From: Owenia fusiformis
Lineage: Eukaryota
NCBI GenBank assembly: GCA_903813345.2
Contig: CAIIXF020000001.1
Span: 39,432,001-39,496,000, forward strand
Direction of reading: 5' to 3'
DNA length: 64,000 bases
Made by a program: the position numbers and the translations under genes. Each line of letters starts with the position of its first letter. Position 1 is the first letter of the stretch. The notes under the pieces are model-generated. The model searched no databases. It had not been told where the DNA came from and saw only the letters and a program-made list of their open reading frames with translations. This document shows, piece by piece, positions 12,501 to 23,900 of this stretch.

Positions 12501-13210
12501 AATCACTTTGCGTAAAAACATGTACACTATAAGCTTTATAGAATTACTTTGTGCATGCATGACTCCATCCATTCCTGAGTTTGTGTACTCCTCCCTTAAA
12601 GCTTATATCATTTGTATAGCTGTCAATTGAAATGTGAACTTCAAATGGAATCAATGAGATTTTTTGTTCAAATCAATATCTACCTCTTTTCCAAGATCAC
12701 AGGGCTGTTTTCTTGGGATCTGAATCATTGATTTGATGAGAGTTTGCATTATTTGCTTAAATGATCTTTATTAAATAGATTTGATTAATCTTGACCATGC
12801 ACACATGCCTATGCTATGTAGACACTGACTTCAGAAAAGTTATAAAGAATCCAACTTACTGTTGTGGAAAATTATGAAAATTATCACTTTTCCTTATGTT
12901 TCCTTATGTAATGAGAATAACATGATATTAACTGATATTTATAAAACCTAGAAGAAATTGTCTTGAGAATTGCCTACATAGATTTTCAAAACTAACATAC
13001 TCGATTTTTATTGAAAAAGTCAAAAGAGAACAAAACTACACATATATATATTTTGCTGAAAATGGTTTACAAAAATCTCTACCACATAGCAGAATCTCAA
13101 CTTTTATGAAATATAATTATTTATTGACCCTTAATTCTTATATGTTGCTTGCAGGGATCCAGGAAGAGAGTTCTAATAAGCCTATGTATCAGACAGCCCA
13201 AAATGCATAA
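3557..13210 (+). CDS. SLC35F6: Solute carrier family 35 member F6 (nucleotide-sugar-transporter/DMT-like), ~385-392 aa
   Basis: GT-AG exons with consistent phases: 3557-3633, 7073-7142, 7544-7757, 7986-8156, 8633-8743, 8983-9144, 9372-9524, 9788-9931, optional 12301-12321, 13155-13210. Translation MGWTTKQLSLALMMVVTGSINTLSTKWAD...FNHPFLQAVGMFLGEMSCL...ASSFQMLRG...SIAFFNFAGISITKEISATTRMVLDS matches SLC35F6 family motifs as I recall them. The C-terminal EEKEPLL fits a dileucine sorting motif. The last two exons are less certain. Confidence 0.92.
3734..3837. mobile_element. 104-bp palindromic MITE
   Basis: ACCTAACCAAACCCGTCTG...CAGACGGGTTTGGTTAGGT with ~40-bp imperfect arms, flanked by TAT on both sides. 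Confidence 0.65.
3985..4817. mobile_element. Non-autonomous DNA transposon with ~130-bp TIRs
   Basis: 3985-4113 is the near-perfect reverse complement of 4689-4817. No ORF inside; TSD not identified. Confidence 0.75.
5015..6796. mobile_element. Kolobok-like MITE interrupted by nested insertions
   Basis: Ends GGCCAGGGTGCATGTTCGGAATTT...AAATTCCGAACATGCACCCTGACC|TTAA. 6410-6796 is homologous to the intact copy at 21370-21783. Confidence 0.65.
5730..6232. mobile_element. TA-flanked MITE (Tc1/mariner-type) nested in the previous element
   Basis: TA|CTGTAAAACG...CGTTTTACAG|TA, with internal TTAGCG/CGCTAA repeats. Confidence 0.7.
9952..12030. mobile_element. Non-autonomous hAT-like element with 6-bp TSD in SLC35F6 intron 8
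   Basis: Ends CATAGCCGTAGCCAG...CTGGCTACGCCACTG, sub-terminal GAACCCCCGGTCA at both ends, TSD ATATGT at 9946-9951 and 12031-12036. It contains a remnant of the CACTCCCCTCC family ending at 11923. Superfamily assignment is tentative. Confidence 0.7.
12301..12321 (+). CDS. SLC35F6: Candidate 21-nt frame-preserving micro-exon of SLC35F6 (DDLRTPD)
   Basis: TTGTAG|ATGATCTGAGAACACCTGATG|GTAAG. Phase 1-1 matches both flanking exons. Confidence 0.55.
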
Positions 13211-16200
13211 TGCATAATACATTGCCATTCCACCAGTGCCTCATGGAGACATGGACTGTAACTAGCTCCCTACTTTATACTCAATGACTCAACTACTAAA
13301 CAACGCAGAACAAAAAATGATTTTAGATGATATATTAAATGAAGAAGTTTACGATTTTCAACACATTACACTTAACTGCTGAAACTTGAACTTCAGTATT
13401 ATTGCACTGGCATTTTATACATTTTACATAATTGATTTTAAACACATTACATGCATATAGTTCTCTGAAAGGTTGCAATATTGCATGTGGCCATTTAATA
13501 TTTGCACACAATACCTCTGAAGTTATATGTAATATCACATGAGCCATCTATAATTTTTGATTAATTTTATAACTGAGAGTGCAATGATAGAGTGGTGAGA
13601 TCTCTTATTTATCTTATTTGGGGCCATTTGTTCTTTTCTAGTGCAACATTTGCAATATTAACACACACATGTGATATCAAACCTGTCAACAAAACTTCCT
13701 TATTAGCCTCGCCATAAAGGTTTCTAACCCTCTACCCTTATCTGCTTCACCTAGAGTGATAGGGGTGAAATGCCTATTTTGGGGGAGGGGGGTGTGTGGT
13801 CTCAAGCCAAATCATGATTTGAGGGTTAAGTTGTAGAATACTCAGTGCTCAGATACTCTACAGAAAATAATGGAAACAATTTAATATCCATTATTCATAG
13901 TGCAGTAAACACACTAGAAGTGATTTCCATTGAACTTATATTTTCATATTTTGTTGCATTGCAATGTAAACTGTTATTATTTATATACTAGATGATTGTA
14001 AACTGATATGTATTTTAAATAAAATGTACAATAATTATATTTTAAGACAGATTTATTTTCACTGTATTTTATTATATGTTGTTGTTTCTTAATAAGTTGT
14101 AGTTTAACCATATGAGGTCATTATATGTTGGTATCAAAATCTAAATAGATGCATGATAAAAATGATATACTACTGTACTATGTAGGCCTGTCAAGTCAGC
14201 CTTCATGAAGTGAGAGCTCTACATTTAGTCATTTACAGAGGACTCAATTTTTAGGGGGGGGGGGGGTTGAAAAGCATATTTTTGAAGAAATAATAGCCCA
14301 GAGCTCTCCCTGTGTACTAACATTATATATGAAATATTGAGTGGTTACTTAAAGGGGCAATAAGGACTGTAGAGAGAAAATTCGAAAATTTTTATTTTTT
14401 CTGAGCTATCAGGTCAATATTTGGCTTAATACCTTCTTTGACATACCTATTTTCATAAAATGTATGTATAAACTATCAATTTCAGCATTAAGAAGTGTAA
14501 ATTCAATTCAAAGCTTCTATAAAGGGAGTCCCACTTATAGATTTTTAAGATCCACCATGTTTCAAGAGGAATATCAGCTGAAATAATGTTCATCCAGAGG
14601 ATTTCTTTGTAGATAATGAAAATATATGTTAGTCTTGATGAAATATCCAAACCTAAATATATTTTGACACTTGTCGATGATCGTTGAATGGCCCCCCTGC
14701 ACTATTTGTAGCACCTTTAACTAGGTGCTTGCATTTTGTTAATTCGAGTGTCTTCAAATTTTTACAAAATGTACTTTGAAATGTTGCATCTAAAACTGCA
14801 AAGTTTAAAAAAAATTGAACATTTTGCAAAAATTTGGACAAAATGTTACCACCAGTCCTGTTACTTTTTGAACATCCTGTATAGTTATCGTACATGAAGT
14901 TCTTATTTTATAGAATAGCACAAAATACCAGCTGCTTGTATCCTATTCCTGGAAAATGAAAATACAAATGTATTTTGATTGGCCTGGTATTTAGAACCAT
15001 TCTCTCGGACACATATAAGACAAAATCATGCAAAAATTTTTTGAGCAGATTTGATTTATTCTTGTATGTGCATGTATAACACACAATATTATGTACATCT
15101 TCTACAATGTAGAAATTAAACCCTTAACACAACAATAGTCCTACAGTCAAACACACATCTCCAGGAAATGACTTTAATTGAGCTACTGCTTCAGTCATTC
15201 CACTTTCACGCATGTGTGAAACTAGAGCAATATGAACAAAAGACAAAGAAGAGATGGGGTAATTATATGGAAAAGTGTGTTTGCCATCTCACTTATTGTT
15301 CATAAATTGTATTTTCAAGACTTGTGTGCATTATCATATGACTTTTTTGAAGTGGCACAACAACGCTAGTAAATCTGTGAACTGGAATTTCCACTATATA
15401 TATTCTGAATTTTCACTGTATATATTCTGAATTTCCACTGTATATATTCTGAGACAGGTAACAGAACTAGGTACCCTTTTCATTATTACATAGTATACGA
15501 TGCTTGTGCAGGTTATTTTGATTTCTTATATTTGTTGACTTTGTTTATTGGAGGGGGTTTCAAAGATGTTGGCAGATCAGAAACTCTACAATAAAGCTAT
15601 CCCTCCCCCACTCCCCCACCTAATTTTTCCAGGTTTTAAATGATTCCCCACCAACAAACTCAGTTAGTAAGTTTTCTGACTTGACAACAATCTTTTGGTT
15701 GCATCCCTCAAAGCATTAGTATTGCATCAAGTCATATGTGCCTCCCACTTCTCCTTAAGCACAATTGGGGCAAATTGTAAAGCTCTGCTTATTCAGCTTT
15801 TGAAATTGATGCAAGACTAGCCACATTGATACCATTGTACATGCAGTTTGTTCAGTTCAACTGGAACTGAAATGAATAGGCTTTAAAACATCATTGTCTC
15901 ATTTTTCACATACTTTTGTGTATCTCTGTACATATTTGTTTACATTAACACCATCTTAAGTACTTTTGGAGGTAATTCTGAAATCTGACATATTTGATGG
16001 CATTTAAGAAACAATCCAAACTAAATTTGGAAGACAAGCAAATTCAAAATTTGATTCAGAAAGGCACCTAATTGTGCTATTATGAGATGACACAATTTCA
16101 ATTATTCTTTGACATTTTAGAATTTTCTAGTATACATCATCTAAAATGTTTACCAGGTGTAATTATTGGAAAAGTGTTACAATTACACATCGTACCTGGA

Positions 16201-16554
16201 AATATTGGTGTTTAGGGAAACCTGTAAAGAGGGAACACCTCTACAAGTAGAACACCTGTCTTAGTAGAACACTTCAGAGTCCCACTACCAACTGACTTAA
16301 TGTTAAATCAACCTCTATAAGTGGAACACCTACCAAGTGGAACCTTTTGGAGGTACCAAAGGTGTTCCACTTAGACAGGTTTTAGTGTATTCTCTTTCAA
16401 CTGATCAGCCATTGGAATTTTGCCTTCTAAGTAACATGATTGATTATTGATTCATGATATTGAATATTCTTATGAAAAACATGTGCATTAATTGGCCCTA
16501 TGAGGGTATTCAGACATCACACTTAGAGGATAATCTCAATACCTTTATCATGTA

Positions 16555-16680
16555 CAGGGTGGGCCAAAGATGCCACTTTTTTCAAAATGCTATAACTTTT
16601 TTTAATTTTTGATACAAAATCATAATTTGCATAAAAAATTTATAGTGTCTTGAAAAAGTGGCGTTATTTGGCCCACCCTG
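16555..16680. mobile_element. 126-bp Tc1/mariner-type MITE
   Basis: TA|CAGGGTGGGCCAAA...TTTGGCCCACCCTG|TA. Confidence 0.8.
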
Positions 16681-17314
16681 TATAATACCTAATATTATCT
16701 TTTGTATTCTCTTCCATGGTTAACACTCTGAGTCGATTGTGAGGGAAATGATGCCCTGTTACTTCTGGAAGAGGTTTGTAACAGATCTCAAATAACTTGA
16801 TGAACTATAATTCAATTACAATTGATCAGCTCATTTCTACATCTCCAAAACACTATAAAATAAAAAAAAGAGAGAAACATGAAAATTAGTATTTATCACA
16901 TTTGTGAAAATAGTTTTTGTCAATTGTTCTATTTTGATGAGGTCATACATGTACATGTATATTATTTTATAGTGTGAGTTTCAATTACACTTGTTTCTGT
17001 ATTTAAAAAAAATGTGATGACTTGCTTTTCTGTTTCACTTGAAATTGTAATAAATATTGTAAGGCAAGATAAATGTACTTTTCAGTCTTTTAAGGTATGG
17101 AACATTAAGATTAAATACTGCTTTGACATTTTACCTGCTGTGGCCTGTTCCTTGAAAATATTACAAATAATGACTTCTGTACTGGTTTTGCATCATACAG
17201 CAATATATAAATGTGACAGATTGTATTGGCTCTTTCATGTCATAACAATGACTTTTTGGTCATTAGAGAACTAGAGCTATGGGCAATTATATATATGCAC
17301 AAGCATACAGTATA

Positions 17315-17856
17315 CAGGGTGTCCAATAAATAAGGTGAAAGATATTGTAACTTTCTTAATATTGCACCAATCTTGATGAAAAAGGCGGGGCAAGTTTGTT
17401 TACGTCACAACTTTCCAAAAGATATTTATTATTCTTTCTGATAGCTTTATTCATACTCCTAGGTCTATTACTATCACAAATACAATATAAAAACAGTCTT
17501 AAACTCCCATTGTTATAAAAATAAGCTATTCAACATAATGTCCATCTCTAGCTTTACACTTCTTATACCTATCCACCCACTCTCTAAACACACTTTCAAA
17601 CTCATTCTTACCCATTTCCTGAAGTCTTGCTGAGACAGATATGTTTTGGAAAGTTGTGATGTAAACAAACTTGCCCCGCCTTTTTGTTGTTTCGGTTGCT
17701 ATAGCAACCACAACTCTGGCCAATCAAATAGAAGACGCTTTAAATTCACAGAAAAAAGGTAAAAAGGTTTGGGCTACATACTCTGAAAATTTCATCAAGA
17801 TTGGTGCAATATTAAGAAAGTTACAATATCTTTCACCTTATTTATTGGACACCCTG
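17315..17856 (-). mobile_element. Mariner deletion derivative retaining the transposase C-terminus
   Basis: TA|CAGGGTGTCCAATAAATAAGG...CCTTATTTATTGGACACCCTG|TA with ~65-bp TIRs. The internal minus-strand peptide FREWVDRYKKCKARDGHYVE* resembles the mariner C-terminal W..R..KC...G.Y.E motif. Confidence 0.85.
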
Positions 17857-17903
17857 TATGTCATGCACATACATAAATGATATAAATGGTACATGTAATA
17901 CTC

Positions 17904-20900
17904 CTAAACAAATTCTTCAGTTTCTTGATTTTCATTATTTTCTTCATTTTCAGCTTCTGTAACTTGATCAGCTTGACTGGTATATGCTTCTTCCGTTGGC
18001 TCTAATGGAGTGTAAGCATAATTACCATATTGGGTACACCCATACTCTGTCTGGTTGCCATAGGAATAAGATGGATTACACTGGTAAGATGATAAACTGG
18101 AATTTGACTGATTTATTCCTATATTTGTCTGATAAATATTTTCATGTGGTGGTTCATGACCTCCGTCTGCTGAAATGCATTGATCTTTTGGAGAGCTTTG
18201 CTGTGGTGTGTTTTCTATGTGAACCGTTTCATCCTTTTGAATTTCATCAGTGCCATTGTTTGTACAGTCAGGTGTTGCATCGTCGTTGGCCCTTCTTGCC
18301 ACATCTTGTTTCTTACTATCATCTGATTGGTTTGCCAGTTCTTCCGCAAGTTCCCAACTACCCTGTGAAGCCTCATCCTGCAATATGCAACATATATGAC
18401 TACATGTTATACATGAATGAAAAGTTTATGGCACTTTATTGCAAAAGGTTAATCTGTCTATTCAGATTTACAAATACATGTTTTAGAACTGTTTGTACAA
18501 TTTTATAGACTATATTACAGATTTTAGCAATGACCTACATTTGTATTCTGAAATGATAATAATTGTCAATGCTAAACCACTTGCATTTTCTTATTTTTAC
18601 AATTAAAGAATGCATAGAAATCATCTACATGTTAACAAGGTATATTTCATAAAAATGAAGATGATTAATTATATTAGCCAGAAAATTGATTGTTAGGTAA
18701 GCACACTGCATGCTTTGGATCATTAATCAAAGATTTTCTGGTTTTAGATGTCAATAAACAGATAGATGTCAATACAGATGAGAGGTGATCAGGTTTGTTA
18801 CCATGGTAACATCACATTGGATAAAGATGAATGGAATGCTCAAGGTAGAGATCAAATGGGAAAGGTACGTCAAATTTTAATTGTCTCTAAAGAAAATTGA
18901 CTTGATGTGACATTTTCTACTTAAATTATCTGAGAACATGGAATAAAAACTTGTGCTTAGAGCTGATGGGAAAAAAAGTAATCAAAGGAACTGAACTCTG
19001 ACTTAAACGATAATAAAAGAATGAGACCCACTCTTGAAAATGTTTCGTTGTTGTTGATATCATTACTGGGTAAAGGTTTGATTTATAATCCCCACTCTCT
19101 TGAAAAGAAATCATGCATTATTTATGCAATCCCTTTCCAGTTTTGAAGGAAAACTTATTATCAATCATTTGGATAATGAATTGGTGTCCACTTAATCAAC
19201 ACAAAATACAAGGAATTTACAGCTTAAGTAGAATTCCAGTGCAAAGTGAAGCTTAATTGAGTTGGTGAGTTAATTGAGAAGGGTTAGTAAACCACTCGGA
19301 ATATCACGACACTCTTAGTACTCATTTTACCTCCGGGACTACTTTTTTACTGTATTACTACTCATTTTAGGCATCAAAATCATTTAAGTCTTTCTGGTGG
19401 ACAATCTGCTGCAGGTAGTGTTCTAGCCTAGTTTTCTGTAAATGGACACAGTCTGATTCAACTTTCAAAAAATTGTGTCAATTTTTTCTTTCATGGCACA
19501 GCGATGAACATAATTTACAAATATTCTCATGGTACCGTTTGTTTATATCATGGGCTTTCAAGAGATTTCAATTTCAGATCAATATTTCTAGAGTCTATCA
19601 TGACCCTGCATTTTATGCCTTTTCCCATAAAAGGCCATACATGCTGATTCAAATTACTAAAATCATTTGTTGCCATGGGGATCCGATAGTATGTATGACT
19701 TGCTGAATGTGATTTATGTTAGTCTAATGTCACGAGAAATATGTAAATTAATATATGTTTTGTGCTGTGCCATAATTGAATATATATTATTTCAGTTAAG
19801 AAAGCAGTAAAAACTTCAGATGAGATATCACAGAGACTAACTTGAGAACAGAACGCCATTTGAAAATATAGGTGAGTATGATTTTCAAATCTGACTATTT
19901 TAGGCATTGAAAGATGTCATTGTGATCAACTCATCAAAGTTAACTGTTTTCTCAATTTGATTAATATCATCCTTGTCCTAATAGCAGGGATACAGACAAC
20001 ACATTTTGACACATTCCATATGATCAGATTAAGAAATGTAACAATTACAGTGAGGCCAGATGTGTTAAATTTGGTTGTTTGTGATTGTGAATGAGGATTT
20101 ATTTGATTGTCCATATCGTAGTAGAATAACACTACATTGACCACAACTTGGCCAAATCTTCATGTAGCTATGAAGATTGAATGCTCAAATAAAGAAATAG
20201 TGATATCATGTCGTTGATCCCTGCTTTAGAATGAAGGAACTACATGTACTCATACAACATATATGCCTACTTGTTGGGAGGTCCTCTCACTGGACATTTG
20301 ACATGTATTTGAATCAAGTAAAGGGGATGTGGGTGCTGACGCTGATGTAATTATAAGAAGTGGGTTAGTCTCGGCTATTTCAACAGAGCCGTTCGTCTTC
20401 GCCTGCAATAAAATAGCACACATGCATGCATTTTTTGTGGCCTGTTCCTTGAAAATATTACAATTACAATTCTGTACTGGTTTTGCACCATACAGTAACA
20501 TATAAATGTGACAGATTGTATTGGCTTCTTGATGTCATAACAATGACATTTTGGTAATTAGAACCGCAACTCCAAACAATCTCACATTTTACTCTTAATT
20601 CAATAATCATGTTTATTCCACAGCCTTTTCAATTTGATATATATTTATATCAACATATCAAAATTATATGTTTTCATGTGAATTGTATTGAATTTGATTA
20701 ATCTTTGATTTTCCCTTTTGTAAATTAAGTGAATATATATCAGTTACCAAACATAAAACATATATTTGGATGATTCAAGTTTTGTATCAGTAACCTTTTG
20801 AACAGATTGTTTGTTTCAAGTTCATCGTCAAAATAACAAATGGTATATGTTGCCTTAGAGAATAAATAATGGTTTTATAATTGAGTATGTAATTTCTCAG

Positions 20901-23900
20901 GAACCATGGTATGGTTTGAAATTATGAATTAGTTTTAGGAAATATGCAAGGCTAGAGAAATGCTATAAAACACCAAAACAGCTTATTAGATAAATCAGAT
21001 TAAAAACCTGTTCCCTTTCTTTTATTCTGACTTTAACTTGCAGCAATGGAGCCATTTGGGAATAAAAAGAACAAATTCTATTAACATGTCTTTGATTGAT
21101 CTTTCATTAATGCATTGTTTGTCTCGACTGACAAATCAACAATTGCTTGAAAAATCGAGTTACGATGCAATATGCAATTTGATATTACTGATTACATTTA
21201 TTCATTCCCAACTAAAATGTATGCATGTACAAGACTAAGTTACACTTTAATACGGGTATATAAGTCTCCATCAAGTAAGCTAAAATATTAATGGGTCAAT
21301 TTGATAGCTTGTATAAGAATTCCCTCATTCCAAATATTAGTTTAGTTGGTAATGTTTAATAGGCATTAAGGTCAAGGTGCATGATGGGAAATTTTCTGCA
21401 TTCCTCAATTGAGTCACATGTTATTTTTCAAACATGAATAACTCCTTCCCCACATTGTCTACATCTTCCAAGATTTCACAAATAGTGCACTTCTGTGCCT
21501 AGAAAAGCCTTGTGGGAAGGTTTGTTTTGTAAAATGTATAAAAAATGAGAAAATTCAGTAAAAAAAATTTCTGAAAATTTTCTGATTTTTTTCACTGAAT
21601 TTTCTTGTTTTTTATACACTTTATCAAAACATTCTTCTCACAAGTCCTTTCTAGGCACATAAGTGCACTCTTTGTGCAAAACTGGAAGATATAGACAATG
21701 AAGGGAAGGAGTGATTCTTGTTTGAAAAATAACATGTGACTCAATTGAGGAATGCAGAAAATTTCCCATCATGCACCCTGACCTTAATGTAAAATCACAT
21801 AGATTAGTTAGTATCTGGTAAGGAGTACTGCAATTTGTGAACTTAATTGTAATTAATTATTTATATTTTGACAAATGTATTGAACAATGTTGGATTTACA
21901 ATAGACCAAGTGTTATCTGGCTAATTAAGTTCATGTGTAGGAATACATGTATGTGCTGAGCATTAGCAAAATGATTCAAATATCAAGTAGTCGAGCAAAT
22001 GAGGCCAAGTTTAGTGTGTGAAATATTGAAATGACCAAAAGTTCAACTACTAATGAAATATTCAGGAAAGTGACCAAAAAGGCAGATTTTGAAATTTGAC
22101 CTTTTTTGTCACACCATTTTTTATATCCAGCATATTTGTATTACTTTAAGCCTTCATTCTTCCTAGCTCAGGAATGTAGCATGTAATATCAGCAATGAGG
22201 TATTTACGCTTGTTGAAAAATTTTAATGGCTTCAAAATTTGAGTCCCATGTTTATTTGCAAGTCATTCCATACATGGTCTACATCTTTTACTTTAGCACA
22301 AAGAGTATGTTAATGTACCGAGGTTGTTATTTGAGGTTTAGTCATTTTATACCATATATGTAGGTATTAAGAAGAATCAATGACCTACTTTTTTTAAAGT
22401 ACAACAATTTACAGTAGGTCATTGGATCTATTTTTTATGTCAAGAATATTGATTAAAAAATTCTGTAACTTGTGCAGCAAACATCTGCAAGGATGTAAGA
22501 TCCTTAAAGTGTGCGCCAAAGTTTAAAACTGCGCAGGCGCACCGCTCTCGCTAAACTATATAAAGAGATTACCAGGTACACGATTCAGAGGTAAGCCAGG
22601 AAGGCGAACGATCTTCGTCTCGTGATGATTTCCCATATAATCGTAACCAGGGAAGTTTCACCATTGAAATTGAAAATTACTATTAGATATACTTTGTAGA
22701 TGTTATTTATGAAGCTATTTAGTGTTTGCATCAATCAAATGGCTCATTTTGAACATATAAAAAGTATTTGTGTTTTGTTTCCCAGGGAATTGTATTGTAT
22801 GTAGTACACACATAAATAGTGTACATTATACTTGAATAGCCTGGTTTACATAATATTGAAGGGCATGCTGATTACATGCACACGAGTACATGAATGAAGG
22901 CCTAATATTGATATACGTAGCTTGCATACCTAAATAAAAAAATAAACTCTTCTAATCCCCTAATGTAAACACGGCGGTATACGTAGCCCGATTTATCGGG
23001 GACTTTAAAGCTGACACTCTTACCTTTCAAATTGTATATATTGCAACCTTAGGACAAATTGTTTCATTTTCTTCATTAAAAGGCAGACCTTGAAGGATCT
23101 GGTTTGCTCAACAATAATGCCATTATGGTATCAATATCTCACAAGGTTAGATTATCAGAATAAGGCTCAGCTGAACAGAAAGTGTTCAAGTGCGTTAAAT
23201 CAATCAGAAAAGATCAAAAGAGTATTTTTACTCTACAATTTAATTTTAATTGTATATAGTACAAATATATCTGGAAAAAATTAAGGGTACAAACAGCATA
23301 TTTTTGTCTCATTCAATATTACTCACAAAAGAAAGCTGAGATACCCGTTTTTATCATAAAGTATTTAAGATTCAGATTAAGTCAAAGACTGATTGTAAAT
23401 CAAAAATACCTGTATACCAAAGGAACCAAATTAAAAAAAACATACAAAATTAGGTCCATTGAATTCACGTTTTACAGTATCATATCTTGACTGATTATCA
23501 CATTTTTCTGTCGATTGTTTTAGATTCAATGGTAATTCACCTTCCCCGCGGACTTCCTCTTGGAATTGGAATATCATTCCTTTTATTTCCAGTCGAGAAA
23601 TGTATAGTATTAGAGCACGCTGCCCAACATTATTGAACTTGATATGATTGATGTCGATTTCTATTACGCTACATTGTCTCATAAATCTTACAAAAAGAAA
23701 GAGTAACATCAATCATATAGAACTGAAACTTGTATGGAATAATAAACCAGACAAATTGACTCCTGAGAATTCACTGTCGTTTGTGTGTTTGTAGATGATA
23801 GTCACTGAAATGATTTTCTTCAAAGACAACAAAATCAAATCATGTGTGGGGTTAAAAATATTTTTATTTATTTGATTTTTTTATGATTTAAACATTTAGA

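Noticed and set aside
14353..14716. TTAA-flanked segment with AGGGGC...GCACCT ends, possibly Kolobok-like
   Set aside because: The terminal inverted match is too short and degenerate to support a call.
17984..18508. 174-aa plus-strand ORF
   Set aside because: Antisense shadow of the minus-strand terminal exon; no recognisable protein features.
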